Assembly (NCBI GenBank): GCA_977017645.1
Contig: OZ360243.1
Span: forward strand, 28,086,001-28,150,000
Origin: Torpedo marmorata
Lineage: Eukaryota
DNA length: 64,000 bases
Direction: 5' to 3'
Shown here: positions 41,901 through 56,900 of the stretch, piece by piece
How the letters are laid out: every line of letters begins with the position of its first letter
Numbering within the stretch: the first letter of the stretch is position 1
Program-made: the position numbers and the translations under genes
The notes under the pieces: model-generated
The model's database searches: none
What the model was told of the DNA's origin: nothing
The model's input: only the letters and a program-made list of their open reading frames with translations

Positions 41901-44900
41901 ACTCCCTCAACCATAAGTTCCACAACAGGTGAGTACATATCCTTCCAATATGTTGACACAAATGTCCCTTTACTACAAATACACATGACATGCACAGCTC
42001 ATTCTTTTGTTTGTCCAACAACATGCTCCTTTCCTGTGGCCAGGCAACAGCAAACAAATTCACATTTGAAAACCAGTTAAATCTTCCCTCAGCCCAATAT
42101 TTATGCGAGACAAATAAAGGCTGTGAATAATAGCGCGATAACATGTTCAAGACAAGGAAATAACATGGGGAACTGGATTAAATCATTCTCTCAGCACACA
42201 GCAGACACACACATGTCCAAGAAGATAGTCAAAATTGATTTGATGCAAGAAAATGCCATTTTTCGGATATTCAATAAGAGGTTGCAAAAATGGGAACACA
42301 CCCGTCTGTTTTCGTTTGTCCACATGTAATTCCAAAAATTCCGAATTCTCAACATGAATTCATTTCCACACATATAGGTGAATTTCAATGTCGAATTCTA
42401 CAAAAACATTCTGACATTTTGCACTTTTGAAGATCATGATTTCCAAATAACATGGAGAAGAATGGGATAACAGTGTTACAGGCACAGGATACAACTTCTG
42501 ATATTTTCAACCATAACCAGATTCGGGAGGCCAAATATTTTTAATAAGCATGGTTTAAACTATATTTTTGCATCTATCATCATTTCTGTCCCAGTTTCAT
42601 TGGCTCCACGTTCAATCGCATTGAAAGGAGCATGCAGCGGTTGTTAACACTCTCCTTCTCTTTCACAAGAAACAACTGGAACGAGCACATCTGGCACCAC
42701 ACAGACGACAGCCAGTTCCACAACAGGTGAGTGATCATGTCTTTCAATGGCTTTTGTCGAGATTCTCAACACAACACGTCTCCTTCAGTTTCGCATCCAG
42801 TACATCCCCGTCAACAGGGTTGCTTTAATTTAAACCTGTAACAAGTGCAAGTGATATTCCTCCTTGTTAAATTCAAAAGAAGTCGCTGATGAACTTCAGC
42901 AAGAGTGGCATGATTAGCGTAGCAGCGCAACGCTGTTACAGCGCCAGCGACCCGTGTTCGAATAGGGCACTCTCTGCAAGGAGTTTGTACGATCTCCCCG
43001 TGTATTTTGTCACTATTCATGCATTTGTTCTCTCTCTCCAGGAACAGAAACAACATCCTTGACAACTCCCTCAACCATAAGTTCCACATCAGGTGAGTAC
43101 ATATCCTTTCAATAAGTTGACACAAATGTTCCTTTACTGCAAATACACATGACATGCACAGCTCATTCTTTTGTTTGTCCAACAACATGCTCCTTTCCTG
43201 TGGCCAGGCAACAGCAAACAAATTCACATTAGAAAACCAGTTAAATCTTCCCTCAGCCCAATATTTATGCAAGACAAATAAATGTCTGTGAATAACAGCC
43301 TGATAACATGTTCAAGACAAGGAAATAACATGGGGAACTGGATTAAATTATTCTCTCAGCACACAGGATTCACACATGTCCAGGAAGAGAGTCAAAATTG
43401 ACTTGAAACAAGAATATGGCATCTTTCGGCTGTTTAAGAGGTTGCAAAAATGGGAACAATCCGCCTGATTTTGTCTGTCCACATGTAATTCCAAAAATTC
43501 CGAATTCTCAACATACATTCATTTCCACACATGCGGGTGAATTTCAATGTCGAATTGTACAAAAACATTCTGAAATTTTGCACATAAGAAGTTCATGATT
43601 TCCAAATAACATGGAGAAGATGGGGAATGACAGTGTTACAGCACAGGATTCAACTTCTGATATTTCCAACTACAACCAGATTCGGGAGGCCAAATATTTT
43701 TAATTAGCATGGTTTAAACTATAATTTTGCATCAATCATCATTTCTGTCCCAGTTTCATTGGCTCCACGTTTAATCGCATTGAAAGGAGCATGGTGTGGT
43801 TGTTAACACTCTCCTTCTCTTTCACAAGAAACAACTGGAACGAGCACAACTGGCACCACACAGACGACAGCCAGTTCCACAACAGGTGGGTGATCATGTC
43901 TTTCAATGGCTTTTGTCGAGATTCTGATCAACACGTCTCCTTCAGTTACACATCCATTACATCCCCGTAAACAGGGTTGCTTTAATTTCAACCTGTAACA
44001 AGTGCAAGTGCAATTCCTCCTTGTTAAATTCAAAAGAAGTCGCTGATGACCTTCAGCAGGGGCGGCATGGTTAGCGTAACAGTTAGCGCAACGCTCTTAC
44101 AGCGCCATCGAACCATGTTCCAATAGGGCACTCTCTGCAAGGAGTTTGTACGATCTTCCCGTGTATTTTGTCACTATTCATGCATTTGTTATCTCTCTCC
44201 AGGAACAGAAACAACATCCTTGACAACTCCCTCCACCATAAGTTCCACATCAGGTGAGTACATATCCTTTCAATATGTTGACACAAATGTTCCTTTTCTG
44301 CAAATACACATGACATGCACAGCTCATTCTTTTGTTTGTCCAACAACATGTTCCTTTCCTGTGGCCAGGCAACAGCAAACAAATTCACATTTGAAAACCA
44401 GTTAAATCTTCCCTCAGCCCAATATTTATGCGACACAAATAAAGGCTGTGAATAATAGCGCAATAACATGTTCAAGACAAGGAAATAACATGGGGAACTG
44501 GATTAAATCATTCTCTCAGCACACAGCAGACACACACATGTCCAGGAAGAGAGTCAAAATAAATTTGATGCAAGAAAATGCCATTTTTCGGATATTCAAT
44601 AAGAGGTTGCAAAAATGGGAACACACCCGTCTGTTTTCGTTTGTCCACATGTAATTCCAAAAATTCCGAATTCTCAACATGCATTCATTTCCACACATAC
44701 AGGTGAATTTCAATGTCGAATTGTACAAAAACATTCTGACATTTTGCACTTTTGAAGCTCATGATTTCCAAATAACATGGAGAAGAATGGGATAACAGTG
44801 TTACAGACACAGGATACAACTTCTGATATTTTCAACCATAACCAGATTCGGGAGGCCAAATATTTTTAATAAGCATGGTTTAAACTATATTTTTGCATCT

Positions 44901-47900
44901 ATCATCATTTCTGTCCCAGTTACATTGGCTCTACGTTTAATCGCATTGAAAGGAGCATGGTGTGGTTGTTAACACTCTCCTTCTCTTTCACAAGAAACAA
45001 CTGGAACGAGCACAACTGGCACCACACAGACGACAGTCAGTTCCACAACAGGTGAGTGATCATGTCTTTCAATGGCTTTTGTCGAGATTCTCAACACAAC
45101 ACGTCTCCTTCAGTTTCGCCTCCAGTACATCCCCGTCAACAGGGTTGCTTTAATTTTCACCTGCAACAAGTGCAAATTCAATTGCTCCTTGTTAAATTCA
45201 AAAGAATTCGCTGATGAACTTCAGCAAGAGCGGCATGATTAGCGTAGCAGCGCAACGCTGTTACAGCGCCAGTGACCTGTGTTCCAATAGGGCACACTCT
45301 GCAAGGAGATTGTACGATCTCCCCGTGTATTTTGTCACTATTCATGCATTTGTTCTCTCTCTCTCCAGGAACAGAAACAACATCCTTGACAACTCCCTCA
45401 ACCATAAGTTCCACAACAGGTGAGTACATATCCTTTCAATATGTTGACACAAATGTCCCTTTACTGCAAATACACATGACATGCACAGCTCATTTTTTGT
45501 TTGTCCAACAACATGCTACTTTCCTGTGGCCAGGCAACAGCAAACAAATTCACATTTGAAAACCAGTTAAATCTTCCCTCAGCCCAATATTTATGCAAGA
45601 CAAATAAATGTCTGTGAATAACAACCTGATAACATGTTCAAGGCAAGGAAATAACATGGGGAGCTGGATTAAATCATTCTCTCAGCACACAGGATTCACA
45701 CATGTCCAGGAAGAGAGTCAAAATTGATTTGAGACAAGGAGATGGCATCTTTCAGCTGTTTAATAAGAGCTTGAAAGAATGGGAGCACACCAGCCTATTT
45801 TCGTCTGTCCACATGTCATTCCAAAAACTCTGAATTTCCACATGCATTCATTTCCACACATGCAGGTGAATTTCAATGTTGAATTGAACCAAAACATTCT
45901 GAAATTTTGCACATAAGAACCACATGATTTCCAAATAACATGGGGAAGATGGGGAATGACAGTGTTACACCACAGGATTCAACTTCTGATATTTCCAACT
46001 ACAACCAGATTCGGGAGGCCAAATATTTTTAATTAGCATGGTTTAAATTATAATTTTGCATCAATCATCATTTCTGTCCCAGTTTCATTGGCTCCACGTT
46101 TAATCGCATTGAAAGGAGCTTGGTGCGGTTGTTAACACTCTCCTTCTCTTTCACAAGAAACAACTGGAACGAGCACAACTGGCACCACACAGACGACAGC
46201 CAGTTCCACAACAGGTGGGTGATCATGTCTTTCAATGGCTTTTGTCGAGATTCTGATCAACACGTCTCCTTCAGTTTCACATCCATTACATCCCCGTAAA
46301 CAGGGTTGCTTTAATTTCAACCTGTAACAAGTGCAAGTGCAATTCCTCCTTGTTAAATTCAAAAGGAGTCGCTGATGACCTTCAGCAAGGGCGGCATGGT
46401 TAGCGTAGCAGTTAGCGCAACGCTCTTACAGCGCCAGCGAACCGTGTTCCAATATGACACTCTCTGCAAGGAGTTTGTACGATCTACCCGTGTATTTTGT
46501 CAATATTCATGCATTTGTTATCTCTCTCCAGGAACAGAAACAACATCGTTGACAACTCCCTCAACCATAAGTTCCACAACAGGTGAGTACATATCCTTCC
46601 AATATGTTGACACAAATGTCCCTTTACTACAAATACACATGACATGCACAGCTCATTCTTTTGTTTGTCCAACAACATGCTCCTTTCCTGTGGCCAGGCA
46701 ACAGCAAACAAATTCACATTTGAAAACCAGTTAAATCTTCCCTCAGCCCAATATTTATGCGAGACAAATAAAGGCTGTGAATAATAGCGCGATAACATGT
46801 TCAAGACAAGGAAATAACATGGGGAACTGGATTAAATCATTCTCTCAGCACACAGCAGACACACACATGTCCAAGAAGATAGTCAAAATTGATTTGATGC
46901 AAGAAAATGCCATTTTTCGGATATTCAATAAGAGGTTGCAAAAATGGGAACACACCCGTCTGTTTTCGTTTGTCCACATGTAATTCCAAAAATTCCGAAT
47001 TCTCAACATGAATTCATTTCCACACATATAGGTGAATTTCAATGTCGAATTCTACAAAAACATTCTGACATTTTGCACTTTTGAAGATCATGATTTCCAA
47101 ATAACATGGAGAAGAATGGGATAACAGTGTTACAGGCACAGGATACAACTTCTGATATTTTCAACCATAACCAGATTCGGGAGGCCAAATATTTTTAATA
47201 AGCATGGTTTAAACTATATTTTTGCATCTATCATCATTTCTGTCCCAGTTTCATTGGCTCCACGTTCAATCGCATTGAAAGGAGCATGCAGCGGTTGTTA
47301 ACACTCTCCTTCTCTTTCACAAGAAACAACTGGAACGAGCACAACTGGCACCACACAGACGACAGCCAGTTCCACAACAGGTGAGTGATCATGTCTTTCA
47401 ATGGCTTTTGTCGAGATTCTCAACACAACACGTCTCCTTCAGTTTCGCATCCAGTACATCCCCGTCAACAGGGTTGCTTTAATTTAAACCTGTAACAAGT
47501 GCAAGTGATATTCCTCCTTGTTAAATTCAAAAGAAGTCGCTGATGAACTTCAGCAAGAGTGGCATGATTAGCGTAGCAGCGCAACGCTGTTACAGCGCCA
47601 GCGACCCGTGTTCGAATAGGGCACTCTCTGCAAGGAGTTTGTACGATCTCCCCGTGTATTTTGTCACTATTCATGCATTTGTTCTCTCTCTCCAGGAACA
47701 GAAACAACATCCTTGACAACTCCCTCAACCATAAGTTCCACATCAGGTGAGTACATATCCTTTCAATAAGTTGACACAAATGTTCCTTTACTGCAAATAC
47801 ACATGACATGCACAGCTCATTCTTTTGTTTGTCCAACAACATGCTCCTTTCCTGTGGCCAGGCAACAGCAAACAAATTCACATTAGAAAACCAGTTAAAT

Positions 47901-50900
47901 CTTCCCTCAGCCCAATATTTATGCAAGACAAATAAATGTCTGTGAATAACAGCCTGATAACATGTTCAAGACAAGGAAATAACATGGGGAACTGGATTAA
48001 ATTATTCTCTCAGCACACAGGATTCACACATGTCCAGGAAGAGAGTCAAAATTGACTTGAAACAAGAATATGGCATCTTTCGGCTGTTTAAGAGGTTGCA
48101 AAAATGGGAACAATCCGCCTGATTTTGTCTGTCCACATGTAATTCCAAAAATTCCGAATTCTCAACATACATTCATTTCCACACATGCAGGTGAATTTCA
48201 ATGTCGAATTGTACAAAAACATTCTGACATTTTGCACGTAAGAATCTCATGATTTCCAAATAACATGGAGAAGATGGGGAATGACAGTGTTACAGCACAG
48301 GATTCAACTTCTGATATTTCCAACTACAACCAGATTCGGGAGGCCAAATATTTTTAATAAGCATGGTTCAAACTATAATTTTGCATCAATCATCATTTCT
48401 GTCCCAGTTTCATTGGCTCCACGTTTAATCGCATTGAAAGGAGCATGGTGTGGTTGTTAACACTCTCCTTCTCTTTCACAAGAAACAACTGGAACGAGCA
48501 CAACTGGCACCACACAGACGACAGCCAGTTCCACAACAGGTGGGTGATCATGTCTTTCAATGGCTTTTGTCGAGATTCTGATCAACACGTCTCCTTCATT
48601 TTCACATCCATTACATCCCCGTAAACAGGGTTGCTTTAATTTCAACCTGTAACAAGTGCAAGTGCAATTCCTCCTTGTTAAATTCAAAAGAAGTCGCTGA
48701 TGACCTTCAGCAGGGGCGGCATAGTTAGCGTAGCAGTTAGCGCAACGCTCATACAGCGGCAGCGAACCGCGTTCCAATAGGGCACTCTCTGCAAGGAGTT
48801 TGTACGATCTCCCCGTGTATTTTGTCAATATTCATGCATTTGTTATCTCTCTCCAGGAACAGAAACAACATCCTTTACAACTCCCTCAACCATAAGTTCC
48901 ACAACAGGTGAGTACATATCCTTTCAATAAGTTGACACAAATCTTCCTTTAATGCAAATACACATGACATGCACAGCTCATTCTTTTGTTTGTCCAACAA
49001 CATGCTCCTTTCCTGGGGCCAGGCAACAGCAAACAAATTCACATTTGAAAACCAGTTAAATCTTCCCTCAGCCCAATATTTATGCGAGACAAATAAAGGC
49101 TGTGAATAATAGCGCGATAACATGTTCAAGACAAGGAAATAACATGGGGAACTGGATTAAATCATTCTCTCAGCACACAGCAGACACACACATGTCCAAG
49201 AAGATAGTCAAAATTGATTTGATGCAAGAGATTGGCATTTTTCGGATATTCAATAAGAGGTTGCAAAAATGGGAACACACCCACCCGTCTGTTTTCGTTT
49301 GTCCACATGTAATTCCAAAAATTCCGAATTCTCAACATGCATTCATTTCCACACATATAGGTGAATTTCAATGTCGAATTGTACAAAAACATTCTGACAT
49401 TTTACACTTTTGAAGCTCATGATTTCCAAATAACATGGAGAAGAATGGGATAACAGTGTTACAGACACAGGATACAACTTCTGATATTTTCAACCATAAC
49501 CAGATTCGGGAGGCCAAATATTTTTAATAAGCATGGTTTAAACTATAATTTTGCATCAATCATCATTTCTGTCCCAGTTTCATTGGCGCCACGTTTAATC
49601 GCATTGAAAGGAGCATGGTGTGGTTTTTAAAACTCTCCTTCTCTTTCACAAGAAACAACTGGAACGAGCACAACTGGCACCACACAGACGACAGCCAGTT
49701 CCACAACAGGTGAGTGATCATATCTTTCAATGGCTTTTGTCGAGATTCTCAACACAACACGTCTCCTTCAGTTTCGCATCCAGTACATCCCCGTCAACAG
49801 GGTTGCTTTAATTTTCACCTGCAACAAGTGCAAATTCAATTGCTCCTTGTTAAATTCAAAAGAAGTCGCTGATGAACTTCAGCAAGAGCGGCATGATTAG
49901 CGTAGCAGCGCAACGCTGTTACAGCGCCAGCGACCCGTGTTCAAATAGGGCACTCTCTGCAAGGAGTTTGTACGATTCCCCGTGTATTTTGTCACTATTC
50001 ATGCATTTGTTATCTCTCTCCAGGAACAGAAACAACATCCTTGACAACTCCCTCAACCATAAGTTCCACATCAGGTGAGTACATATCCTTTCAATATGTT
50101 GACACAAATGTTCCTTTACTGCAAATACACATGACATACACAGCTCATTCTTTTGTTTGTCCAACAACATGCTCCTTTCCTGTGGCCAGGCAACAGCAAA
50201 CAAATTCACATTTGAAAACCAGTTAAATCTTCCCTCAGCCCAATATTTATGCAAGACAAATAAATGTCTGTGAATAACAACCTGATAACATGTTCAAGGC
50301 AAGGAAATAACATGGGGAGCTGGATTAAATTATTCTCTCAGCACACAGGATTCACACATGTCCAGGAAGAGAGTCAAAATTGACTTGATACAAGAAAATG
50401 ACATCTTTCGGCTGTTTAAGAGGTGCAAAAATGGGAACACATCCGCCTGTTTTTGTCTGTCCACATGTAATTCCAAAAATTCAGAATTCTCAACATGCAT
50501 TCATTTCCACACATGCAGGTGAATTTCAATGTCGAATTGTACAAAAACATTCTGAAATTTTGCACGTAAGAAGCTCATGATTTCCAAATAACATGGAGAA
50601 GATGGGGAATGACAGTGTTACAGCACAGGATTCAACTTCTGATATTTCCAACTACAACCAGATTCGGGATGTCAAATATTTTAATTAGCATGGTTTAAAC
50701 TATAATTTTGCATCTATCATCATTTCTGTCCCAGTTTCATTGGCTCCACGTTTAATCGCATTGAAAGAAACATGGTGTGGTTGTTAACACTCTCCTTCTC
50801 TTTCACAAGAAACAACTGGAACGAGCACAACTGGCACCACACAGACGACAGTCAGTTCCACAACAGGTGAGTGATCATGTCTTTCAATGGCTTTTGTCGA

Positions 50901-53900
50901 GATTCTCAACACAACACGTCTCCTTCAGTTTCGCATCCAGTACATCCCCGTCAACAGGGTTGCTTTAATTTTCACCTGTAACAAGTGCAAATGCAATTGC
51001 TCCTTGTTAAATTCAAAAGAAGTCGCTGATGACCTTCAGCAAGAGCGGCATGATTAGCGTAGCAGCGCAACCCTATTACAGCGCCAGCGACCCTTGTTCG
51101 AATAGGGCACACTCTGCAAGGAGTTTATACGATTCCCAGTGTATTTTGTCACTATTCATGCATTTGTTCTCTCTCTCCAGGAACAGAAACAACATCGTTG
51201 ACATCTCCCTCAACCATAAGTTCCACAACAGGTGAGTACATATCCTTTCAATAAGTTGACACAAATGTTCCTTTACTGCAAGTACACATGACATGCACAG
51301 CTCATTCTTTTGTTTGTCCAACAACATGCTCCTATCCTGTGGCCAGGCAACAACAAACAAATTCACATTTGAAAACCAGTTAAATCTTCCCTCAGCCCAA
51401 TATTTATGCAAGACAAATAAATGTCTGTGAATAACAGCCTGATAACATGTTCAAGACAAGGAAATAACATGGGGAACTGGATTAAATCATTCTCTCAGCA
51501 CACAGGATTCACACATGTCCAGGAAGAGACTCAAAATTGATTTGAGACGAGGAGGTGGCATCTTTCGGCTGTTTAATAATTGGTTGAAAGAATGGGAGCA
51601 CACCAGCCTATTTTCGTCTGTCCACATGTCATTCCAAAAATTCTGAATTGTCCCCATGCATTCATTTCCACACATGCAGGTGAATTTTAATGTTGAATTG
51701 TACAAAAACATTCTGAAATTTTGCACATGAGAAGCTCATGATTTCCAAATAACATGGGGAAGATGGGGAATGACAGTGTTACAGCACAGGATTCAACTTC
51801 TGATATTTCCAACTACAACCAGATTCGGGAGGCCAAATATTTTTATTTAGCATGGTTTAAATTATAATTTTGCATCAATCATCATTTCTGTCCCAGTTTC
51901 ATTGGCTCCACGTTTAATCGCATTGAAAGGAGCATGGTGTGGTTGTTAACACTCTCCTTCTCTTTCACAAGAAACAACTGGAACGAGCACAACTGGCACC
52001 ACACAGACGACAGTCAGTTCCACAACAGGTGGGTGATCATGTCTTTCAATGGCTTTTGTCGATATTCTGATCAACACGTCTCCTTCAGTTTCACATCCAT
52101 TACATCCCCGTAAACAGCGTTGCTTTAATTTCAACCTGTAACAAGTGCAAATGCAATTCCTCCTTGTTAAATTCAAAAGAAGTCGCTGATGACCTTCAGC
52201 AGGGGCGGCATGGTTAGCGTAACAGTTAGCGCAACGCTCTTACAGCGCCAGAGAACCGTGTTCCAAAGGGCACCCTCTGCAAGGAGTTTGTACGATCTAC
52301 CCGTGTATTTTGTCAATATTCATGCCTTTGTTATCTCTCTCCAGGAACAGAAACAACATCGTTGACAACACCCTCAACCATAAGTTCCACAACAGGTGAG
52401 TACATATCCTTTCAATATGTTGACACAAATCTTCCTTTACTGCAAATACACATGACATGCACAGCTCATTCTTTTGTTTGTCTAACAACATGCTCCTTTC
52501 CTGTGGCCAGGCAACAGCAAACAAATTCACATTTGAAAACCAGTTAAATCTTCCCTCAGCCCAATATTTATGCGAGTCAAATAAAGGCTGTGAATAATAG
52601 TGCGATAACATGTTCAAGACAAGGAAATAACATGGGGAACTGGATTAAATCATTCTCTCAGCACACAGCAGACACACACATGTACAAGAAGATAGTCAAA
52701 ATTGATTTGATGCAAGAAAATGGCATTTTTCGGATATTCAATAAGAGGTTGCAAAAATGGGAACACACCTGTCTGTTTTCGTTTGTCCACATGTAATTCC
52801 AAAAATTCCGAATTTTCAACATGCATTCATTTCCACACATATAGGTGAATTTCAATTTCGAATTGTACAAAAACATTCTGACATTTTGCACATTTGAAGC
52901 TCATGATTTCCAAATAACATGGAGAAGAATGGGATAACAGTGTTACAGACACAGGATACAACTTCTGATATTTCCAACTACAACCAGATTCGGGAGGCCA
53001 AATATTTTTAATTAGCATGGTTTAAACTATAATTTTTGCATCTATCATCATTTCTGTCCCAGTTTCATTGGCTCCACGTTTAATCGCATTGAAAGGAGCA
53101 TGGTGTGGTTGTTAACACTCTCCTTCTCTTTCACAAGAAACAACTGGAACGAGCACAACTGGCACCACACAGACGACAGCCAGTTCCTCAACAGGTGGGT
53201 GATCATGTCTTTCAATGGATTTTGTCGAGATCTCAACACAACACGTCTCCTTCAGTTTCGCATCCAGTACATCCCCGTCAACAGGGTTGCTTTAATTTTC
53301 ACCTGAAACAAGTGCAAATACAATTGCTCCTTGTTAAATTCAAAAGAAGTCGCTGATGAACTTCAGCAAGAGCGGCATGATTAGCGTAGCAGCGCAACGC
53401 TGGTACAGCGCCAGTGACCTGTGTTCAAATAGGGCACTCTCTGCAAGGAGTTTGTACGATCTCCTCGTGTATATTGTCACTATTCATGCATTTGTTCTCT
53501 CTCTCCAGGAACAGAAACAACATCCTTGACAACTCCCTCAACCATAAGTTCCACAACAGGTGAGTACATATCCTTTCAATAAGTTGACACAAATGTTCCT
53601 TTACTGCAAATACACATGACATGCACAGCTCATGCTTTTGTTTGTCCAACAACATGCTCCTTTCCTGTGGCCAGGCAACAGCAAACAAATCCACATTTGT
53701 AAACCAGTTAAATGTTCCCTCAGGCCAATATTTATGCAAGACAAATAAATGTCTGTGAATAACAGCCTGATAACAAGTTCAAGACAAGGAAATAACATGG
53801 AGAACTGGATTAAATCATTCTCTCAGCACACAGGATTCACACATGTCCAGGAAGAGAGTAAAAATTGAATTGAGACAAGGAGATGGCATCTTTCGGCTGT

Positions 53901-56900
53901 TTAATAAGAGCTTGAAAGAATGGGAGCACACCAGCCTATTTTCGTCTGTCCACATGTCATTCCAAAAACTCTGAATTTCCACATGCATTCATTTCCACAC
54001 ATGCAGGTGAATTTCAATGTTGAATTGAACCAAAACATTCTGAGATTTTGCACATAAGAAGCACATGATTTCCAAATAACATGGGGAAGATGGGGAATGA
54101 CAGTGTTACAGCACAGGATTCAACTTCTGATATTTCCAACTACAACCAGATTCGGGAGGCCAAATATTTTTAATTAGCATGGTTTAAATTATAATTTTGC
54201 ATCAGTCATCATTTCTGTCCCAGTTTCATTGGCTCCACGTTTAATCGCATTGAAAGGAGCTTGGTGTGTTTGTTAACACTCTCCTTCTCTTTCACAAGAA
54301 ACAACTGGAACGAGCACAACTGGCACCACACAGACGACAGCCAGTTCCACAACAGGTGGGTGATCATGTCTTTCAATGGCTTTTGTCGAGATTCTGATCA
54401 ACACGTCTCCTTCAGTTTCACATCCATTACATCCCCGTAAACAGGGTTGCTTTAATTTCAACCTGTAACAAGTGCAAGTGCAATTCCTCCTTGTTAAATT
54501 CAAAAGAAGTCGCTGATGACCTTCAGCAGGGGCGGCATGGTTAGCGTAGCAGTTAGCGCAACGCTCTTACAGCGCCAGCGTCCCGTGTTCCAATACGGCA
54601 CTCTCTGCAGGGAGTTTGTACGATCTCCCCGTGTATTTTGTCACTATTCATGCATTTGTTCTCTCTCTCCAGGAACAGAAACAACATCGTTGACAACTCC
54701 CTCAACCATAAGTTCCACAACAGGTGAGTACATATCCTTTCAATAAGTTTACACAAATCTTCCTTTACTGCAAATACACATGACATGCACAGGTCATTCT
54801 TTTGTTTGTCCAACAACATGCTCCTTTCCTGTGGCCAGGCAACAGCAAACAAATTCACATTTGAAAACCAGTTAAATCTTCCCTCAGCCCAATATTTATG
54901 CAAGACAAATAAATGTCTGTGAATAACAACCTGATAACATGTTCAATGCAAGGAAATAACATGGGGAGCTGGATTAAATTATTCTCTCAGCACACAGGAT
55001 TCACACATGTCCAGGAAGAGAGTCAAAATTGACTTGATACAAGAAAATGACATCTTTCGGCTGTTTAAGAGGTGCAAAAATGGGAACACATCCGCCTGTT
55101 TTTGTCTGTCCACATGTAATTCCAAAAATTCAGAATTCTCAACATGCATTCATTTCCACACATGCAGGTGAATTTCAATGTCGAATTGTACAAAAACATT
55201 CTGAAATTTTGCACGTAAGCAGCTCATGATTTCCAAATAACATGGAGAAGATGGGGAATGACAGTGTTACAGCACAGAATTCAACTTCTGATATTTCCAA
55301 CTACAACCAGATTCGGGAGGCCAAATATTTTCAATTAGCATGGTTTAAACTATAATTTTGCATCAATCATCATTTCTGTCCCAGTTTCATTAGCTCCACG
55401 TTAAATCGCATTGAAAGGAGCATGGTGTGGTTGTTAACACTCTCCTTCTCTTTCACAAGAAACAACTGGAACGAGCACAACTGGCACCACACAGACGACA
55501 GTCAGTTCCACAACAGGTGAGTGATCATGTCTTTCAATGGCTTTTGTCGAGATTCTCAACACAACACGTCTCCTTCAGTTTCGCATCCAGTACATCCCCG
55601 TCAACAGGGTTGCTTTAATTTTCACCTGCAACAAGTGCAAATTCAATTGCTCCTTGTTAAATTCAAAAGAAGTCGCTGATGAACTTCAGCAAGAGCGGCA
55701 TGATTAGCGTAGCAGCGCAACGCTGTTACAGCGCCAGTGACCTGTGTTCCAATAGGGCACTCTCTGCAAGGAGTTTGTACGATCTCCTCGTGTATTTTGT
55801 CACTATTCATGCATTTGTTCTCTCTCTCCAGGAACAGAAACAACATCCTTGACAACTCCCTCAACCATAAGTTCCACATCAGGTGAGTACATATCCTTTC
55901 AATAAGTTGACACAAATGTTCCTTTACTGCAAATACACATGACATGCACAGCTCATTCTTTTGTTTGTCCAACAACATGCTCCTTTCCTGTGACAAGGCA
56001 ACAGCAAACAAATTCACATTTGAAAACCAGTTAAATCTGCCCTCAGCCCAATATTTATGCAAGACAAATAAATGTCTGTGAATAACAGCCTGATAACATG
56101 TTCAAGACAAGGAAATAACATGGGGAACTGGATTAAATCATTCTCTCAGCACACAGGATTCACACATGTCCAGGAAGAGAGTCAAAATTGATTTGAGACA
56201 AGGAGATGGCATCTTTCGGCTGTTTAATAAGAGCTTGAAAGAATGGGAGCACACCAGCCTATTTTCGTCTGTCCACATGTCATTCCAAAAACTCTGAATT
56301 TCCACATGCATTCATTTCCACACATGCAGGTGAATTTCAATGTTGAATTGAACTAAAACATTCTGAAATTTTGCACATAAGAACCACATGATTTCCAAAT
56401 AACATGGGGAAGATGGGGAATGACAGTGTTGCAGCACAGGATTCAACTTCTGATATTTCCAACTACAACCAGATTCGGGAGGCCAAATATTTTTAATTAG
56501 CATGGTTTAAATTATAATTTTGCATCAATCATCATTTCTGTCCCAGTTTCATTGGCTCCACGTTTAATCGCATTGAAAGTAGCTTGGTGTGGTTGTTAAC
56601 ACTCTCCTTCTCTTTCACAAGAAACAACTGGAACGAGCACAACTGGCACCACACAGACGACAGCCAGTTCCACAACAGGTGGGTGATCATGTCTTTCAAT
56701 GGCTTTTGTCGAGATTCTGATCAACACGTCTCCTTCAGTTTCACATCCATTACATCCCCGTAAACAGGGTTGCTTTAATTTCAACCTGTAACAAGTGCAA
56801 GTGCAATTCCTCCTTGTAACATTCAAAAGAAGTCGCTGATGAACTTCAGCAAGAGCAGCATGATTAGCGTAGCAGCGCAACGCTGTTACAGCGCCAGCGT